The position numbers and the translations under genes were made by a program. The notes below the pieces were generated by a model. The model saw nothing but the letters and a program-made list of their open reading frames with translations, was not told the DNA's origin and did no database searches. A stretch of 10,286 bases of DNA from an uncultured archaeon (GTDB taxonomy: Archaea > Asgardarchaeota > Lokiarchaeia > Sigyniarchaeales > SOKP01), in NCBI GenBank assembly GCA_964447495.1, contig CAYUTF010000015.1:1-10286 (forward strand), in the 5' to 3' direction. Positions 6,618-10,286 of the stretch are shown here, in pieces; positions within the stretch are counted from its first letter, which is position 1; each line of letters starts with the position of its first letter.

Positions 6618-7061
6618 TTAGATTTTTAATTCCATTAAGTAAGCGCTTTCATTTTGTTTATAATAATCTTCTATTCTCTCTACTATTTCAAATCCAAATT
6701 TTTTATACAAGTTTAATGCTTTAAAATTAGTTATTTTTACATTTAATATCACATTATTAATTTCAGTATATTGTTTAACTATTTCTAGTGCTCTTTCCAA
6801 TAGAATTGAACCATAACCTTTACCTTGATCTTTTTTTCTTATACAAAAGTTAATTAGATTGAACCTATACTCTTCATCTTTAATAAGGATTACATAACCT
6901 TTTATAATTTTTTCATTATTGGGTTCGATCAATTTTAAGAATAAACAGTTAGAATAAATTAAATTTTTTAAAAACTCCTTTGAAAAGGAATCAAATTTAA
7001 ATGTACTTTTTTCTATTTTATAAATTTCTTTTAAATCTTCTATAAAAACTTTTTTAATCAT
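6618..7061 (-). CDS. rimI: GNAT N-acetyltransferase, RimI/Ard1-like
   Basis: Acetyl-CoA binding QGKGYG, N..A..LY.K.GF, and C-terminal YY...E.AYLM. The start overlaps the upstream radical SAM stop by 8 nt. Confidence 0.85.
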   Translation of the reverse strand: MIKKVFIEDLKEIYKIEKSTFKFDSFSKEFLKNLIYSNCLFLKLIEPNNEKIIKGYVILIKDEEYRFNLINFCIRKKDQGKGYGSILLERALEIVKQYTEINNVILNVKITNFKALNLYKKFGFEIVERIEDYYKQNESAYLMELKI

Positions 7062-8205
7062 TGCATAATCCCTTCTCTTCCATAAAAACCTTTAGCGGAG
7101 TTTTTTCCGTGATTTGCATGTATATATCATCATCAAAAGGTGTTTTCTCAACGATATAAGCTTTAAGATTATGCTCATGTATTAATTTTATCATATATTC
7201 TTGGATTATGTATTTAATAGGCAACTTAATTAAATTATTATCAAATTGGATATTTTTTAGTGGCTTTTTAATCACGTTGAGAAGAATTTTATAAAAAGCT
7301 TCCAAATTCTTACCGTTATCTTCAATTTGTGCGAATAATAATAAACCATCTTCAGTTATTTGTTCATATGCCTTTTTAATAGATTTAGCTCTTCTGGAGT
7401 ATCGTTTTCCTAATTGCCAGTAATCTTTTGCTATTATGGTACAAAAATGGATTTTGAGAGAAACTTTATTAGCTATTTTATTGAATAATTCAAGAGCAAA
7501 TTCTGTACTATTCTGTACTGATGCGATGGATCCTTTTTTTAATTTAAAACCTTTTTCTTTTAAGCGATCGCTATTAGTAATACACATTTCAAATTCATTC
7601 AAATTTATAAAATCGGCACCTATTTTGTCAAGATAGTAAATAAATTTTTCAAGATGTTCGATATACTCTTGAGAGGGAATTACAGGAACCTCCGCTCCGA
7701 CACTGAAGCCTTTATTTAAAGCTAATTCAATGACATACCATTTATCTTTGGGAGGATTAAATCTTATTTCATCTAACCCCGCTTTCTTTAATTTTTGTGC
7801 AATTGATTCATCAAAGTTTAGTCCATTTGTATAAAGATGAACATGAAATTTTTTGCCTTTTTTCTCTTTGATATATTTTATATATGAGAGAGTTTCATTT
7901 AAGTTGGGTTCAAATAAGGGATCTCCTCCCGTAATACTCATTCCTTTTGCATGAGTTTTATTAATTTCATCAAGTAATTGCTCTTTTTTAGTGATTTGTA
8001 TCTCGTTGGCGTATGTCAACTTTTTATTTTTTCGTTCTTCTGAAATAGGACAATACCAATAACAATGACTTGGATTTTGACATATTCCATTTAGGAATAA
8101 TACCGTTTTAGCGCCCTTAAGACAATATTTGCAACCTTTTGGTATTCCTTTATTCTTAAGATAATATGTTTCCTCTTTTGATTTTAAAATAGTTTTATCT
8201 GTCAT
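7054..8205 (-). CDS. Archaeal radical SAM protein (COG2108-like, PFL-activating-enzyme related)
   Basis: GCKYCLKGAKTVLF, SITGGDP, HLYTNG, AGLDEIRF, GAEVPVIP, FINLNEFE and HFCT motifs. The Fe-S motif reads CQNPSHCYWYC. Confidence 0.88.
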   Translation of the reverse strand: MTDKTILKSKEETYYLKNKGIPKGCKYCLKGAKTVLFLNGICQNPSHCYWYCPISEERKNKKLTYANEIQITKKEQLLDEINKTHAKGMSITGGDPLFEPNLNETLSYIKYIKEKKGKKFHVHLYTNGLNFDESIAQKLKKAGLDEIRFNPPKDKWYVIELALNKGFSVGAEVPVIPSQEYIEHLEKFIYYLDKIGADFINLNEFEMCITNSDRLKEKGFKLKKGSIASVQNSTEFALELFNKIANKVSLKIHFCTIIAKDYWQLGKRYSRRAKSIKKAYEQITEDGLLLFAQIEDNGKNLEAFYKILLNVIKKPLKNIQFDNNLIKLPIKYIIQEYMIKLIHEHNLKAYIVEKTPFDDDIYMQITEKTPLKVFMEEKGLCND

Positions 8206-8909
8206 TTTCTATATAATTTTTTCCTAATTATTGAATTTGTATTTGCTAATAATTTCAGCACTTCCTGAGGGGATTCATTTATATCAATTTGTCTCTTCAA
8301 GAATACACCTGTCCTTCCAAATTTTTCTCGTTTTAACAAGATCCTTTTTCTTTCATTTACAGTTTTTAAGCTTATATTAATCTCCTTTGCAGCAATATGT
8401 TCTCTTCCTATAATAGAATATTCTGTATGTCCACTCTTATTTGGTTTAATTAATACTAGACGCTTATCAACTCCAGGGACTCGAATATCACGCTTTAACT
8501 GTTCATAATTAATTTTTCCACCAAAATCATAAAACTCAAAAGAGCTATTATCTAATCTAGTTAGTGGTATGGTTATTGATTCTAATTCATTTAAATAGAT
8601 ATATAATTTAATTGAATCGTTAGGAGTCGCCATAATAATTTCTCTAAACAAATTTATATATCCATTTCTATTTAATAGAAATTCTATTTTATACAACGGA
8701 ACTTGTTGAAGAAATACAATATCTATATCACTATCTTTATGTACATTTCCACGTGCTATGCTTCCATAAATATAAGGTATAAAAGGTTCATTAATAAACA
8801 TCTCTAATAGTTCTAAAGCTCGCCTTCTCTTATTATTCAATAAGGACCAGTTTTTTTCAGTATAAACAACAGAAGTATATGTATCTCTTTGAATTTTTTC
8901 CTTGGACAT
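8202..8909 (-). CDS. Archaeal Pol-beta superfamily nucleotidyltransferase (COG2413-like)
   Basis: YGSIARG.V...SDIDI (GS + DxD), plus MATP, EFYDFGG, RVPGVDKRL and GRTGVFL. ATGA overlap with the downstream radical SAM gene. Confidence 0.88.
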   Translation of the reverse strand: MSKEKIQRDTYTSVVYTEKNWSLLNNKRRRALELLEMFINEPFIPYIYGSIARGNVHKDSDIDIVFLQQVPLYKIEFLLNRNGYINLFREIIMATPNDSIKLYIYLNELESITIPLTRLDNSSFEFYDFGGKINYEQLKRDIRVPGVDKRLVLIKPNKSGHTEYSIIGREHIAAKEINISLKTVNERKRILLKREKFGRTGVFLKRQIDINESPQEVLKLLANTNSIIRKKLYRK

Positions 8910-8921
8910 ATTTTTTACTAT

Positions 8922-9749
8922 TTATAGGTTTTTATTGGTAATATTTTGAACTGTAGCAATTAATTTTGCTAAAAGTATTGTTTCATTATATTTAAAGGAT
9001 TTATTAGATTTTTCTAAAGTTTCGGTATTGATATTCTTTGAGGTTAATTTTGATAAAGATTTCTCCAATTTTGAAATTTTCCTATTTCTAAGACGCCAGT
9101 AATATTTTTCATTAAAAATTATATTAATTTGAAATTTTATATTAGAATTAAGCCAATTTAATAAAATACCTATATTTTCTGTATTTACAGAGGGGTTTAT
9201 CAAGACACAACCCACTTGATCTAAATTATTATTTTCTAAATCTTTTAAAAGAAGATACGAGTTAAAATCAATGAGCCAATATTTTTGATTTAAATTATAA
9301 TCATTTTGAAATAAATATTTAAAAGCTGATGATATTATATTAAACTTTCCATAATTTAATCTTGAATCATTTTTTTTAATCAAATTCAATTTTCGTTTAA
9401 ATATTATTTGAATCACAATAAATCCATAACTACTTAATCCTTCTATTATTGCATTTGATAATTTTTGATTTGATTTTGAAGTATAAATAAAAATTGTAGG
9501 CAATTGGATCTTACCTGCCTTAATAAAGGAACTGCTCGTCAAATTCCATCTTTTTATATAAACTTTATTATCATTAAACTTAATTTGATTAGGATCTAGG
9601 GCGATTTGATTGAGCGATTCATTGTTTATATCATTTCTCCATCTATTTTTGAATTTATATAGTTTTATTGAAATTAAAAAAAGGATTAATATAAATATTA
9701 TAATAGAATCCACTAAAATCCAATCTACTCGAAATATATCAAACGTCAT
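8922..9749 (-). CDS. Membrane-anchored hypothetical protein, probably degenerate alpha/beta-hydrolase fold
   Basis: N-terminal hydrophobic helix (ILVDSIIIFILILFLISI), then LPTIFI...EGLSSYGFIVIQI...GCVLINP, which are elements typical of alpha/beta-hydrolases. No GxSxG is present. Confidence 0.6.
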   Translation of the reverse strand: MTFDIFRVDWILVDSIIIFILILFLISIKLYKFKNRWRNDINNESLNQIALDPNQIKFNDNKVYIKRWNLTSSSFIKAGKIQLPTIFIYTSKSNQKLSNAIIEGLSSYGFIVIQIIFKRKLNLIKKNDSRLNYGKFNIISSAFKYLFQNDYNLNQKYWLIDFNSYLLLKDLENNNLDQVGCVLINPSVNTENIGILLNWLNSNIKFQINIIFNEKYYWRLRNRKISKLEKSLSKLTSKNINTETLEKSNKSFKYNETILLAKLIATVQNITNKNL

Positions 9750-9776
9750 TATATTTATTACTTCTTTATCATCAAA

Positions 9777-10088
9777 TTAGATTACTTTGTTAATCCAGTC
9801 AAGATAATTTTTTGATCCCATCTCGATTTTTACCCCTACACACTCCGGAGTTTCATAGCTATGGATTTCATTGATCATATTGATTAATTGATTTGATTTG
9901 ATTTCGGAGGTTTTTATTATCATAAGAAATTCACTAGCTTCTTCGATCTTATCCTTCCATCGGTAAATAGAATAAACATCCTTTATTATGTTAACACATG
10001 CTGCAATTTTATTTTCTACTAAAATTCGAGAAATCTTTTTCCCCTCTTCCAAATTTGGAACAGTTACGTAAAATATTAAATTATTCAT
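9777..10088 (-). CDS. cutA: Divalent-cation tolerance protein CutA
   Basis: YVTVP, LVENKIAACVNI, SIYRWKDKIE..E..IIKT, HSYETPE and YLDW motifs; 103 aa. Confidence 0.96.
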   Translation of the reverse strand: MNNLIFYVTVPNLEEGKKISRILVENKIAACVNIIKDVYSIYRWKDKIEEASEFLMIIKTSEIKSNQLINMINEIHSYETPECVGVKIEMGSKNYLDWINKVI

Positions 10089-10286
10089 CTTATTTTCTTT
10101 TCTTATTTAAATTTTTGATAATACTTTACTTAATTTAATTGTATAAGATTTAGATCAATATTTTGGTTTAAAATTTTTTAAAAAAAATGGTGTATCATAA
10201 TAAGCTTAATAGATATTAAAATTGATGAAGAATAATTATGAAGAATGGTGGTATAATAAGATTTTTAGGGAATTTTCTAAACCTCA

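Noticed and set aside
6618-7061. GNAT as a NAA80-like actin acetyltransferase because it neighbours the WH2-like ORF
   Set aside because: The sequence looks like an ordinary RimI/Ard1 protein and is coupled to the upstream operon.
1326-7636. Small + strand ORFs at 1326-1514, 5577-5915 and 7436-7636
   Set aside because: Each lies wholly antisense within a long genuine gene and has no motifs.
8202-8909. Nucleotidyltransferase as an MNT-HEPN antitoxin or CBASS-type cyclase
   Set aside because: No adjacent HEPN or effector gene, and the motifs fit the conserved archaeal COG2413-like family.
10225-10286. Possible start of a + strand gene at the right edge (MKNNYEEWWYNKIFREFSKP...)
   Set aside because: Only about 20 codons are visible and another frame is also open, so it cannot be supported.
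1-10286. CRISPR arrays, tRNA/rRNA genes, IS elements
   Set aside because: No spaced repeats, cloverleaf or rRNA-like GC-rich segments, transposase motifs or terminal inverted repeats were seen by eye.

Overview
Very AT-rich archaeal window, most likely Asgard (Lokiarchaeia-like). That assignment is inferred from Elf1, pelota, archaeal-type radical SAM and nucleotidyltransferase genes and several eukaryote-like proteins. The + strand carries elf1 with an unusually long acidic C-terminal extension. The - strand carries, right to left: cutA, a membrane-anchored degenerate alpha/beta-hydrolase-like protein, a nucleotidyltransferase, a radical SAM protein with a non-canonical Cys motif, a RimI-like GNAT, a 50-aa ORF missing from the ORF track, pelota, a radical SAM/TRAM-like protein, a 209-aa three-helix BAR-like protein, a 146-aa coiled-coil/polyproline protein, a 556-aa hypothetical protein, and a truncated gene at the left edge. 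The main candidate novelty is a possible actin/membrane-remodelling set: a WH2/actobindin-like microprotein (6358-6510), a minimal WASP/WAVE/VASP-like polyproline protein (2782-3222) and an adjacent SNX-BAR-like protein (3365-3994). These calls come from pattern recognition against remembered eukaryotic motifs. No database search was run.
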